Shown here: positions 36,513-49,724 of the stretch, one piece after another | Position numbering within the stretch: position 1 is the first letter of the stretch | How the letters are laid out: each line of letters begins with the position of its first letter | Origin: Octopus sinensis | Taxonomy: Eukaryota | Assembly (NCBI RefSeq): GCF_006345805.1 | Contig: NW_021833433.1 | Location: 1-64,000, forward strand | Direction: 5' to 3' | DNA length: 64,000 bases | Notes under the pieces: model-generated | Databases searched by the model: none | What the model saw: only the letters and a program-made list of their open reading frames with translations | What the model was told of the DNA's origin: nothing | Translations under genes and position numbers: made by a program

Positions 36513-36777
36513 ACTACACACAAACCCATATACACACTCAAGCGTGCTATGTAGGACATGTCTTCATTCATACAAAAAACCGGAGCTTGTTCGGGCGCAT
36601 GCATTCATGTTGCTATCTGTCTTTCAAGTACATTTATCAATTAGCCCATTAGCCCACCAACCTATTTGTCTCACTTCTTCCTTTGTTAGTCAAAATGTCT
36701 TTCTTTGTCTACACTTCAAAAAAAAAAAAACCTAAACAGAACACAAGTCTGTGTATGTGTAAACGGTGATATATATA

Positions 36778-36830
<53 letters not shown>

Positions 36831-36876
36831 GTGTATATATATATATATATTATATATATATATATGTATATATAGT

Positions 36877-36909
<33 letters not shown>

Positions 36910-36930
36910 ATATATATGTATATATATGTG

Positions 36931-36961
<31 letters not shown>

Positions 36962-37426
36962 GTATATATATGTGTATATATATATATATTATATATATAT
37001 ATATATATATGTAATATATATATGTATATATATGTGTATATATATATATGTATGTATGTATATATATATATATGTGTGTGTGTGGGTGTGTGTGTATATA
37101 TATAATATACACACAAATATATAAACACACACACACACGATACCTACATTACTTCACAATTTAAAATAGCAACACAAGTGTGTGTGTGTGGGGGGGTAGT
37201 AGTATCAGAAGAGAGACTTGTACAATGTCAGTCAGTCAGCCAGAGAATGAGAAATATCCTCGCTGCTGTGCTGTCGTCGTTGTCGCTAGCTTTTTAGACT
37301 TAGTGACACACAAACACATTTGACATTACATTCACAAATCGCACAGCACACAGACCCAACACACATTGTCTATTTGCATATCTTACCTACTCGCATCTAC
37401 GCTTGAATCAATCTCTAACTACCTAC

Positions 37427-37473
37427 CTATTGGTCTGTATCTGGCTTGTGTAAACGAGGGGGTAACTGGACAT
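37427..37473 (-). CDS. Candidate first coding exon of the KLHL gene (MSSYPLVYTSQIQTN-R)
   Basis: ATG at 37473 (gaaATG), in-frame TAA four codons upstream, 15 codons plus AG, then donor AG|GTAGGT at 37427/37426. Phase 2 matches the acceptor of exon 26124-26440 and reads through in frame. Lies in a unique island. No homology support. Confidence 0.3.
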
Positions 37474-38642
37474 TTCCTGGCTTTAAGAGTTGTCGAGAAA
37501 TGCCTGGTTGGAGGCCAAACCCTTCCGAGAGCTTTTACAGGGCTTAGAAAAACTGAAATACCACTACAATAAGAGTGTGAATCTCCCGAGGGGAATAAAT
37601 AGAGTAAAATCATAATTAACTGATCCTCCTGTAGCTAGTAAAAAAAAAAATGATAGGTAGAGATAGTCTCTCACCTTTTATCTATCTACCTATCAATCTG
37701 TGTCTGTTTGTGTATCCATCCATCTACCTATCAGTATATTATCTATGTAACTATCTTCCTATCCATATACCTATCTATCTATTTATCTATCTATCTATCT
37801 TCTTACCTATCTATCTATCTATCTTCATTTCTTTCCTTTTTACGATCCCTTTTGATCGAAAACCTATCCCACTTTTTTTTTTATTTGTTTCTCCCCAAAA
37901 AGAAAAGCTCTACTTTGTAATTTGTCCCCTCTGTGTTCAGCCCTGTGTGGCTAATAAAGAAAGATATCTATCTTTTTACCTACCTACCTACATACCTATG
38001 TATCGATCTATCTATCTATCTATCTATCTATCTACCTACCTACTTACTTACCTATCTATCTACCTACCTCTACCTACCTATCTATCTATCTACCTATCTA
38101 TATATCTATCGATCTATCTCTCTATCTATCTACCTACCTACTTACCTATCCATCCATCTATCTCTCTATCTACCTACTTACCTATCCATCCATCCATCTA
38201 TCTGTCTGCCTATCTACCTACCTACCTACCTACCTATCTACTTATCTACCTATCTATCTATCTTTCCCTATCTATAACCGTCTCCCTACCTATCTGCCGA
38301 GATATATATTCCTGTCACACAGTTCCATACATATCTCTCCTACTATTCTGCAGTCTCTGTAGCTATTGTTCCTATCCCCGTCCAGTCCATCCCCGCAGTC
38401 GTCTTCTTGTTCAGGGCCTGCTGACTGACACACAGACAGACACCCAGTCACAGACATTTTCACATCAAACCATGCCTGCCTGCCTTGCCTGGAGAAGTGC
38501 CATGTTGACATTACAACTCACATGTCTATCACAGCAACGTGTTGTTGTTGTAGTTGTTTAGCCCTAGGCTAAATAGGATCCACCAGACGGCTTTACGAAC
38601 GAAGATATTCCCGGCTAGCACTATCCTCCTTTTTTTTTTGTT

Positions 38643-39030
38643 CTTTTTACTCGTTTCAGTCGTTTCACTGCAGCCATGCTGGAGCACCACATTTAGTCGA
38701 GCAAATCGACCCCCGGGACTTATTTTTTGTAAGCCCAGTACTTATTCTATCGGTCTCTTTTTGCCAAACCGCTAAGTGACGGGGACGTAAACACACCAGC
38801 ATCGGTTGTCAAGCAATGCTAGGGGGACAAACACAGACACACAAACACATACACATATATATATACACGACAGGCTTCTCTCAGTTTCCGTCTACCAAAT
38901 CCACTCACAAGGCTTTGGTCGGTCCGAGGCTATAGCAGAAGAGACTTGCCCAAGATGCCACGCAGTGGGACTGAACCCGGAACCATGTGGTTGGTTAGCA
39001 AGCTACTTACCACACAGCCACTCCTGCGCC
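38643..39030 (-). mobile_element. SINE family A, full length
   Basis: Complete reverse copy. Confidence 0.9.
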
Positions 39031-39041
39031 TATATATATAT

Positions 39042-39089
<48 letters not shown>

Positions 39090-39372
39090 TATATATGATA
39101 TACCAATAAAAAGTGTGGTGTATTCCAGGTGAGAGACTTCACTGTTACTACAACCAGCATGACGAGGCTCCTGGTTCCTGTTCGTTGTTGGCTCGTGGGA
39201 AACTTTTTCATTGATTAGTTTCAAGACGCAGGGAGGGAAAGGGCGGTTCAGGTTTCGCTCCTCTGCACAATCGCTATGCACACACACACACACACACACA
39301 AAAAATATATATACATGCCAGAGTAATACTGAGATTTCTCGCGAATACACTACACAACAATATATGCACGCA

Positions 39373-39403
<31 letters not shown>

Positions 39404-39598
39404 GTAGACAGATGTATACGCAATCTTGCATGCAAAAATCACTAAGTCAAAGGTTTTTTTATTAAGAAATATATCGAAATATATACAAAAACTTTGCGAT
39501 GCAGATGATCGAAGTGATATGATATATATGTAAAAAATGTAATATATAAATAAATATCTGTAAATATAAACCATCCGATCTTCGGATTACCTCATTTC

Positions 39599-39647
<49 letters not shown>

Positions 39648-39751
39648 TATATAATTATATTATATTATATTATATTATATATTATATATACACACACATA
39701 GATAAGGAAAGAGACGACAAAAGAATAAACGATTATTGTATGAACTTCATT

Positions 39752-39822
39752 AGCTTACAGCTGTTTCGTAGTTGATTCCTAGTTGAATGCCTGATTAATA
39801 TTTTAGTGTCATCATCAGAGCT
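39752..39822 (-). ncRNA. Putative type I hammerhead with canonical core and long helix II (family H3)
   Basis: AGCT CTGATGA [44 nt] GAAAC AGCT GTA^AGCT: canonical CUGAUGA/GAAA core, palindromic ACAGCUGU helix III, 4-bp helix I. The helix II region pairs poorly in this copy. Confidence 0.45.
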
Positions 39823-40099
39823 TCAACCAAGAGGTACAGATATGCATAAATACACACATGCAGAACATTATGCAAGTTACGAAAAACAGTATCTTAGTTG
39901 AAACCTTTCCGTGTACAACTTAAAACAGAGGTCAACCGTACACAATTTAGCTTCCCTCTCCCACTGGACACAGGTAAATATAATTAACGTACAAAGAAAT
40001 ATAATTTCCACTGTCCGAAAACGATAAACAGATGTGTTCACATCTGTTTAAAGTTTCACACAGAAAGGTTACACAAACAAGGAATCTAACTACTGTTAT

Positions 40100-41780
40100 G
40101 AGTGGTTTAAGAAGCTGGGTTCCCATCCATGAGGGTTCGATACCACTACGTGGCACCTTGGGCAACTAAGTGTCTGAGCCGACCAAAGCCTTGTAAGCGG
40201 AAACTGAAAGAAGCCCGTCGTGTTTGTGTGTGTATGTAGACATGTAAGTGTGTCCTAAATCCGAAGTTGGTTTGTTTATGTTCCCGTAACTTAGCAGTTC
40301 GCAAAACAAACCGATAGAACAAGAGCCAGGTTTCAAGAAAAAGAAAGTGCTTGGATCCGATTCGTTCAAGTAATACCCTTTAAGGCGAAAGGGTATGTAT
40401 ATATGTTACATATACATACACACATACACACACACACACACTAGTACCATTTGTATGCGAGCACATATATAATTCTAGTCATGTCCGTAGATATATATAT
40501 ATATATATTTATATCATAGGCGCAGGAGTGGCTGTGTGGTAAGTAGCTTGTCTACCAACCACATAGTTCCGGGTTCAGTCCCACTGCGTGGCACCTTGGG
40601 CAAGTGTCTTCTACTAAAACCTCGGGCCGACCAGAGCCTTGTGAGTGGATTTGGTAGACGGAAACTGAAGGAAACATGTCGTATATATGTATATATATGT
40701 ATGTGTGTGTGTCTGTGTTTGTCCCCCTAGCATTGCTTGACAACCGATGCTGGTGTGTTTACGTCCCCGTCACTTAGCGGTTCGGCAAAAGAGACCGATC
40801 GAATAAGTACTGGGCTTACAAAGAATAAGTCTCGGGGTCGATTTGCTCGACTAAAGGCGGTGATCCAGCATGGCCGCAGTCAAATGACTGAAACAAGTAT
40901 ATATATATATACAAGAGTATATATATATATTATACACACACAACCAAAGGTATAAACTATTGTATGGTGAAAAGACAGAATACACAAAATCTGAGCAAGC
41001 ATGTGTTATTTGAACGAAGTGTCGAACAAAAGGTCTTTTGTATGGTTACACTGTTTTTACAAAGCCAGTGTATGTATGTAGATAGATATACGCGTATATA
41101 CATATATCACAGAAATGTTTATATTTACACAGAATGGTGAGGAGTCCATTCAAATTTCGTGCTATATACATGCAGGCACAGCTGTGTGATACACACACGT
41201 GTGTGTGTGTGTGTGTGTGTGTGTAAACTTTATAAACATTTAATTATATAGACACTTTCAGATACCAGATACACAATTTTACGAACCATCTACATCATAT
41301 ATATAATCAAAATAAACAAGGATATCCTTGTTGCTTATTTTGATTTTAATTACCTTATTTTGAAATTGTATGGATCTCAACATAAGTACCATATTCATCT
41401 GAATATATATATATATATATTCAGGAGTGGGTGTGTGGTAAGTAGCTTGTTTACCAACCACATGGTTCCGGGTTCAGTCCCACTGCGTGGCACCTTGCGC
41501 GAGTGTCTTCTACTATAGCCTCGGGCCGACCAAAGCCTTGTGAGTGGATTTGGTAGACGGAAACTGAAAGAAGCCCGTCGTATATATATATATGTGTGTG
41601 CGTGTATATTTGACAACCGATGCTGGTGTGTTTATGTCCCCGTCACTTAGCGGTTCGGCAAAAGAGACCGATAGAATAAGTACTGGGCTTTCAAAGAATA
41701 AGTCCCGGGGTCGATTTGCTCGACTATAAGGCGGTGCTCCAGCATGGCCGCAGTCAAATGACTGAAACAAGTAAAAGAGT
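40100..41780 (+). mobile_element. Three SINE family A copies (degenerate ~40100-40385; 40519-40898; 41422-41780)
   Basis: ggcgcaggagtggctgtgtggtaag heads and ccagcatggccgcagtcaaatgactgaaacaag tails. Confidence 0.85.
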
Positions 41781-42143
41781 GTATATATATATAAAACGTA
41801 GCAATATTCTTAATACAACTCTATATACACACGTTCACACACATTATGTAAATATGTATATATTATATCATAGGCATAACGTTAAAAACCGGTTTCTGCT
41901 AGCAAACTTTAAGGGGTCGAAAACTCTTTATCTGTTTGATGTTTTCAGAGTCGGTTATTGTTATCGGAAAAGGCCTTACCACTGTCTCGTATTGTGTGTG
42001 TAATTAAACAGCTTCTACACACAAAAATAAAACACCCAGCCACATAGTTAACACGGTACGAGCAGAACTATATATTACAACTACATACATATTTATTCAT
42101 AACACAGTAGTTGTGGAGGTGTATATAATATTATATATATGTA

Positions 42144-42376
42144 CAGGGTGGTGTATAAGTAGGTATACAATTTAGGTAAAAAGAAAACAACGTAAAATAC
42201 TCATTTTATTTTTATCAAAAACATTAAATGTCAAGATAAAAGTATTTCTATGTATTATTATGATTAATAGCACTGAAAATATAAAAAAATGAGGCTAATC
42301 TAAAGTGTTAATAATCTTAATGAATTATATTATAACATTGGTGTGATACTGACGGTATAACTACTTTTGTTCACCC

Positions 42377-42379
<3 letters not shown>
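42144..42379. mobile_element. Old Tc1/mariner-type MITE
   Basis: TA|CAGGGTGGTGTATAAGTAGGTATAC ... GGTATAACTACTTTTGTTCACCCCTC|TA: imperfect TIRs with TA flanks. Confidence 0.4.
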
Positions 42380-42412
<33 letters not shown>

Positions 42413-43418
42413 GCATATACACGCACTGTATCTATTTATTTATAATATACACACATAAATAAGGTAAATTTTCAGATTACCGAAAACTACATGTATACAT
42501 ACAGAAACATGCAGAAAATTATATATGTATATATATATGTATATATATATATTGGATTTAATCTTAAATCTAATTTTTCCCTGTAAGTTTGGATTTACTC
42601 CCTAATATTATTATTATTAATTATATATATATATGTATGTGTATGTATATATATATATGTGTGTGTGTGTGTGAATGTATATATATATGTGTGTGTGTAT
42701 ATATATGCGTGTGTGTGTATATATATATATGTGTGTGTGTATATATATATATGTGTGTGTGTGTGTATATACATACATATATATATATATGTGTGTGGGT
42801 GTGTGTATGTATATATATATATATATACATACACACACAGCTAAACGAGACAGTCGCGACGTGATCGGTTCACCTGGTAGCTAGAAATAGCAACCAAAAA
42901 AGCTTCCTGAAATCACGTCACCACCCGGCTCTTTCTTTCTTTCCTTCCTTTAAAAAAATACGATCGGTCACGGTTGGAACGTCTCTCCGATCACCCATAA
43001 CCCACCTACTGGTTCAGCACAGACTGTGTAAGAACTAGGGGCTTTAAACACATCATCGACATCGCGACTTTGCGCGAAAACCACGCACCTTAAGGAAACA
43101 AATTAAAAACGTGTTGTTTACAATGTTTATATGTATTTAAATGTGTAATATACAGCCGCACTGACCTTTTCATTGTCCAAGGTGGGGGTAAGGAACTGGC
43201 CTAAGGCTTCATTCAGTGCGGGGGTGATCGTAAGTCCACGACAGGGTGACCATTTGGACACAAGAGCGGAAGAGATAGCAACATAACAATCCTTGGAGTG
43301 GAGTTTTGATAATGGCTTTTAAACATTGCACTGGGAGCTGCTGCTGATTGTGGTGGTGGTGGTAGGAAAAGGTAAGAAGTGCGTCGTGGTGGGAGGAAGT
43401 CACTCTGTACCCATGATG

Positions 43419-43645
43419 GTGATGGTGGTGACGGTGTTATGGTGTAGAGATGGTGGTGACGGTATTGTGGTGTAGGGGTGGTGGTGACGGGGTGATGGTG
43501 TAGAGGTGGTGGTGGTGACGGTGTTATGGTGTAGGAATGATGGTGGTGACGGTGTGATGGTGTAGGGATGATGGTGGTGACGGTGTTATGGTGTAGGGAT
43601 GATGGTGGTGACGGTGTTATGGTGTAGGGGTGATGGTGGTGAGGG
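43419..43645 (+). repeat. Minisatellite, 27-30-bp unit ggtgacggtgttatggtgtagggatgatggt (~8 copies)
   Basis: Directly visible. Confidence 0.85.
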
Positions 43646-44881
43646 ATAATGTGATAGAACACTCAGTACCGATGAGGGTGGGGATGGTGACTGTCGTGGT
43701 GATGGTGAAAGTTACTCAGAACTGATGTGAGGGTGTCGGGAGGTAACGGTGTACTGATGGTGGTGGTAGCGACTGTATAATGTTGGTGGGAGTGGCGGTG
43801 AGCGGTTACGGTGTACGAATGATAGTGGTGGCGGTGGTAGTGAGAGAGAGAGAGAGAGAGATAGGTAGACTGTAGGGGTAGGAGGAAGTTACACAGAACT
43901 GATGACGAGGGGGAAGGTGACAGTAGAGAGACAGTGCATTGATGATAGTGGTGAAGAGGCTACTGACAGTCGTAGTGGTGGGAGGATACAGTGCAGTGAT
44001 GATAGTGGTAGTAGTAGTAGTGGTGCGTTGTATGGTGATGATGGTGATGGGGGAGGGATGATGGTAGTGAACAGTAGGGAGGGGGATTGCACACAACTAA
44101 TGGTGGTGTGAGTATACTTTGGTGGAAGTGAGAGGAGGTTACACTGTACTGATGATGGTGATGGTGGTGGTGGTAGTAAGGCGGAGGTGAGTGAGAAAGA
44201 GAGGGAGAAGGTTACGCTGCAGTGGTGGTGGTGGTGATAGTAACGATGGAGCTGGTGGTGGGGTGTCGAGAAACAGACAGACAGACAAGCTACACTGTAG
44301 TGATGATGGTGGTGGTGGTGGTGTCGTAAGGAACAAATGATGAATGAGGTGGTGGTGGGGGGACTAAGTGTCATGTTGGTGATGATGGTGGTGGCGGTGG
44401 TGGCGAGAGCGCCGCTTACATGATTTAGTGGTGGTGGTGCCGGCGGAAGACGAATACTTTGTACTGATGATGGTGGTGGCGGCGGTGGAAGCAGAAGTAT
44501 TTTGGTTGTGTTGCTGCTGCTGCTGCTGATGATGATGATGATGACGGTAGTAGTGAGAGGAGGATTACCGTGTACTTTTAGTGGTGGTAGTAAGAGGATG
44601 CAGATAGCGAGGTGGTAGCGAGGGAAAACTTTCGGTTTGTTTACGTTGATTATTTAACCTCATGTCAGGACACAATCTCGCAAAAGCGATAACGAAACCC
44701 GTTCCAGCTGTGACCATCCGGTCTAATTCCCATGTACTAGGAAACCACAGGCAACCGGCGGCCCATGAGACTTACTCAAAGGCACGCCTAACGAAAAATT
44801 ACCTTCATCTTTTTTTTTAAAGTTGTGCGGCCCGCCTGATGATGGATGAGCCATATCTCATGCGACCCGCTTCTCGAAAAA

Positions 44882-44979
44882 GGGATCTTTTCGGTTTGAA
44901 CGGCAGTTTTGGCGATCTTTCGTCTCTAGTAGACCTTTCCGTCGATTACACAACATACTGTCTGTCTCCCACACCCCAT

Positions 44980-45019
<40 letters not shown>

Positions 45020-45582
45020 CATCAATGCTTCCCATGCACGGTAACTTCAAAAGAACTTCCCTCGTCATACAATCGCTTTCTCTTAGTCTCTTTCGCTCTC
45101 ATAACTTCAAAAGTTCCCGCAAGCCCATATGTAAAAAAAAAAAATATTTTACGGAAATCGACGGAAAGGTCTACTAGAGACGAAAGATTGCCGCAGTTTT
45201 TTCTAGCGGTGTCATATGAAATTGTCACCCATAATTATGACCCTAGTATCGATCTATTGCATTTCAATCTCTTTCAGGGTTAGGGGTGGGGGAAAGGTAT
45301 CTTTTTTTTTTTCTAGAAATGTAAATAAACCCAATCTGTTTCTTAAACGAGGGACATTCATACGGCACAGAATGTTTTTTACCTCAATAGACGTCAGTGA
45401 TTGGTTGAAATTGCAGAAATTGAAGAAAAAAAACCAACAAATATCTTACAAACCATAGAATTTTCTCAATAAAGCCAAGAAAAAGATGTTTTATAAACAC
45501 ATTCTACCAGTATAGGAAGTTTAAAAGTGTTTAGTTACGTGGAAATGATTTTAAAAACTGCCGTTCAAACCGAAAAGATCCC
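44882..45582. mobile_element. TIR element (30-bp TIR GGGATCTTTTCGGTTTGAACGGCAGTTTTT), Merlin-like
   Basis: Right TIR at 45553-45582; left TIR at 44882-44910 is interrupted by the insertion below. A diverged right end of the family lies at ~51555-51730. Confidence 0.7.
44911..45192. mobile_element. Merlin-like MITE, deleted copy
   Basis: Termini GGCGATCTTTCGTCTCTAGTAGACC; 8-bp TSD gcagtttt (44903-44910, 45193-45200); left TIR shortened to 37 bp. Confidence 0.75.
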
Positions 45583-45976
45583 CGACCCGCTTCTCGGAAA
45601 AGAAAAAGTGTGCCTATGCCTGCTGTATATAGAGGATGTGAATTCAGGTAAATTTGGCTGCTATTTCTAGCACGTTAGGCAACGGAGTAGAAAGGTACAG
45701 TAGAAAGATGATGATGATGGTAGCAGTGGGCGGAGGTGGTTACTGTGTATGGTGGCGGTGGTGATGGAAAAAGACTGTTTAAAAGTATGATTATGATGAT
45801 GATGGTGGTGGTGGGAGGATGAGATTACAGTGTATACAAAGTTAAGGTAGTGGTGGCGGCGGCGGTGGTTGGAATCATCGCCGTTGTAAGCTGGTGGTGG
45901 CGGCGGTGGTGAGCAAATAACAGTGCATTGTTGTTGGAGATGGTAGTGGTGGTGGTACGAGAGTTATAGTATGGTG

Positions 45977-46400
45977 GGCAATCTTTCGTCTCTAGTAGAC
46001 CTTTCCGTCGATTTCCGTAAAAAACTTCTTTTTTTTTTTTACATATGGGCTTGCGGGAACTTTTGAAGTAATGAGAGCGAAAGAGACTAAGAGAAAGCGA
46101 TTGTATGACGAGGGAAGTTCTTTTGAAGTTACCGTGCATGGCAAGCATTGATGTACATGTGTGTGTGTGTGTTTGATGGGGTGTGGGAGACAGACAGTAT
46201 GTTGTGTAAGTGAAGTGCTTCTGTTAGTGTGTGTGAAGAGACAGAGTAATGTGTGAAAGAAAGAGATAACTGAAATTTTTTACTCGGTGTATGTGTATAT
46301 GTATATATATTACTTCAAAAGTTCCCGCAAGCCCATATGTAAAAAAAAAAAAAATTTTACGGAAATCGACGGAAAGGTCTACTAGAGACGAAAGATCGCC
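45977..46400. mobile_element. Merlin-like MITE, longer copy in opposite orientation
   Basis: ~93-bp TIRs starting GG; 8-bp TSD gtatggtg (45969-45976, 46401-46408). GG termini with an 8-bp TSD fit the Merlin/IS1016 superfamily. Confidence 0.75.
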
Positions 46401-46539
46401 GTATGGTGATAGTGGTGGAGATGGTGGTGAGGGTCGTGGTCATCGTGGAGAAGTTACAGTATGGGAATGGTGGCGGCGAAGTACGATGGTGGTGGTGGTG
46501 GTGGTCACCGCCGTCGTCGTCATCAAGTAGATAGTAAGA

Positions 46540-47080
46540 TGTTGCCGGTGGTGGTGGTAGTGGGGGTGAGAAGTTACAGTACTGTACATATTGAAGTGAT
46601 GGCGGTGGTGGTGAATTTGAGAAGGAGGAGGAGGAAGTTATAGTACGGAGCTGGCGGTGGTGGCGATAGTAGAGATCGTTATGGTGGCGGTGATAGTGGT
46701 GGTAGTGAGGAGGAGGACAAAGCAGTTATAGTACGACGCTTACGGCGGTGGTCGTCTGGTGTTGGTTGTGGTGGCGGTATCAGGAGGCAGTTAGTGGTGG
46801 TGGTCACTGCCGGTGTTGCGATGATGTTGTTGGTGGTGATGGTGAATTTGAGGAGGAGGAGGAGTAGAAGGAAGTTATGGTATGGAGCTGGCGGCGGTGG
46901 TCGTCTGGTCGTGGTTGTGGTGGCGGTATCAGGAGGCATTTAGTGGTGGTGGTGGTCACCGCCGGTGTCGCGGTGATGTTGCTGGTGGCGATGGTGAATT
47001 TGAGGAGGAGGAGAAAGAGTAGAAAGAAGTTATGGTATGGAGCTGGCGGCGGTGGTCGTCTGGTGGTGACGGTGGAGTCA
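46540..47080 (+). repeat. Diverged GGT-rich tandem repeat (3 units, 150-230 bp)
   Basis: tgaatttgag.aggaggagg..gaagttat.gta.ggagctggcgg recurs near 46612, 46844 and 46996. Confidence 0.7.
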
Positions 47081-48691
47081 AGAGACAAACAGGGGTGGTA
47101 GTGGTGGGAGGATGAAAAATAGTAAAAGTTGCTTGCAGTAGTTGTCATAGTGAACAAGTTGTAATATAGCCCTAGGTCGGCCCTTGTTACTGAGAGCACA
47201 CAGCTCGTTAAAACGCATTTCCTACCGTGACCATCCTGGCTTTATTCCGCTCCATCACAGCCACGAGACATCTTATATTACCTTATAGCTATAATGCACG
47301 CATTGTATCATTGTGCTTCCTATTTCAAGATAGAAAATATTAGGAAAATGTTAAGTCATGGGTGATTTGGCTGCTATTTCTAGCTGGTCGAATGAAACCC
47401 GTAATGGCACAAGTACATTAGTGACAATGATGATGGTGGTGGTGATGATAGTGATGATAATTGTGTGATAATGATGGTGGTGGGGGAGAAGGAGTAGCAG
47501 ATGACAACGATGATGATGGTAGTGGTGGTGGTGATAAAAGTAGGTGGTAGTGGGAGAGATGAAGTACAAGTGACAATGACGATAATTATGACGATGATGA
47601 TGATTATGAAAATAGTGGCGGTGGGAGTAGAGGGAGGGAATAAGTGACAATGCTGATGGTGGTGGTGATGATAGCGGTGATAATGATAATGCTGGTGGTG
47701 ATGATGATAGTGTGATAATGGTGTTATTGGTGGTGGTGGTGGTGGTGGTGGCGGAGGCGACGATGAAGGGGAGGTAGGCTTAGGAGAAAATAGGAAGAGA
47801 GATAACGAAGGAGGAGGGAAGAGGGAAAGATCGCGTCATTGCTGCTGCTGCTGCTGGTCGTGACACTACCGCTAGTGATGGTGGTGGTGGTGGTGGTGGC
47901 GGTGATAGTTGTGAGAACCGTGACATGGTGGTGGGGGGAGGTACTGCTGATTACGGTGGTGGCGGTGGTGACGGTAGTCGTGATGGTCGTGGCGACAGCG
48001 GGGGTGGTGATTGATGGTGGTAGTGGTGCGGGCGATAGCTTCTCTGCTGAAGGTGGGGGTGGTGGTGGTGATGGAAGTAGAGGTGGCGGCGACTGCGCCG
48101 ATAGCGGTGGAAGTGGTGGTGGCGGTGGTGATGGTGGTGACGGAGGCGCTAGTCTGATTCATAACAACGTGGTGGTGGTGGTGATGATGGTGACAGTTGT
48201 GATGATAGTGATGGTGACAGTTGTGATGGTGATGATGATGATAGTTGTGATGATAGTGATGATGATGATGATGATAGTGGTAGTGATGCTGCTTTGGCGT
48301 TGGTGGTGGTGGCGGTGTTTAAAGCTGATGGTGGTGGTGATGACGACGATGATGGTGATGCTGATGGGCGATAATGATGACGACAGCGTCAATTTATTAT
48401 TATTTATTTATTTATTTATTTGTTACCCCCACGATGACTTCACTTTCCTCCCATTCCGCCACAACCGCCGCCGCCGCCAGCGTCACCTCCATCACCGCCA
48501 CCTTCCAACAGCCCTCTCCTCCCTACACACACACACACATACGCACACGCATACACACACACACGCATACACACACACACACGCATACACACACACACAC
48601 GCATACACACACACACGCATACACACACACACGCATACACACACACACACGCATACACACACACACACGCATACACACACACACGTACACA

Positions 48692-48724
<33 letters not shown>

Positions 48725-48968
48725 GCGCGCATACACGCATACATAATATGGCCGCCGGAACCAGCAGTCACATTGTCCTTATTTTACGAATCACCCACCA
48801 GCAAATTCAGCACCACCCCTCCGCCGAGGAGACACCACGCCACGCCACCAGCCTTGTGTACCTTTATGAAAATGCCAACACAACCACCACATTCCCATCT
48901 GCAGCACCATCGCCATCGCCGCCGCCGCCACCATCACCACCACCATCGTTGTTATCGCTTCTGCTTAC

Positions 48969-49013
48969 CACGACCACTGCAAGCCAATGGAGGGGGCCCC
49001 TGCGCTGCATGAC
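48969..49013 (-). other. Candidate 45-nt exon
   Basis: Acceptor ttgctgtttcttctaaacAG at 49014 and donor GTG|GTAAGC at 48969/48968. Open in all three frames; the frame SCSAGAPSIGLQWS ends in phase 2, compatible with the BTB exon. CpG-rich unique island. Confidence 0.22.
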
Positions 49014-49724
49014 CTGTTTAGAAGAAACAGCAAAGTATCCCTTATATCAACACACACACATACACATACAAGACATGTACGCACATACATACACACTAGA
49101 CACATGCACACACACAGACATACACCATTCTCACAATATACGCATGCGCGCACATACATACACATATACACACAAACACAAAGTCATATACACACTCACA
49201 TACACAAACACACACAAACACATACAGACACACACACGACATACACAAACACATACATGCACATGCACACACACATCACACCACGCATACATGCACACAC
49301 ACATACACACACATGCAAGACGCAGGCACACACAAACACAAATGCACACACATACACATCACACCACGCATACGTGCACACACACACACACACTGTCTTA
49401 CAAAACAAACGTTGCAAAAATGTGACCTTTGTGTCCCCGTTTCAGGCAGAAATATGATGGTGAGGCCACCAATGGAATGTCGTTGATCATGTAGACCTGC
49501 TAGACTGAAAAAATGACCTGGGGCTTAATCAACACAATTCAGCCACCACTGTCACCACCATCATCGATACCATTATCAATACTACTGCCAAAACCATCGA
49601 CAGAACCACCACCACCACCACCATCATTGCTACCACCATCACCAAAACCACCAACATTAATACCACCACCACCACCAATACTGCTATCAAAATGTCACCA
49701 CTTGACAATACCACTACCACTACA

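Noticed and set aside
47839-49425. 528-aa ORF, the longest in the track
   Set aside because: Made of successive (GGT/GAT)n and (CA)n tracts translated as V/M/G and T/H runs; no domain; stop-free only because of repeat composition.
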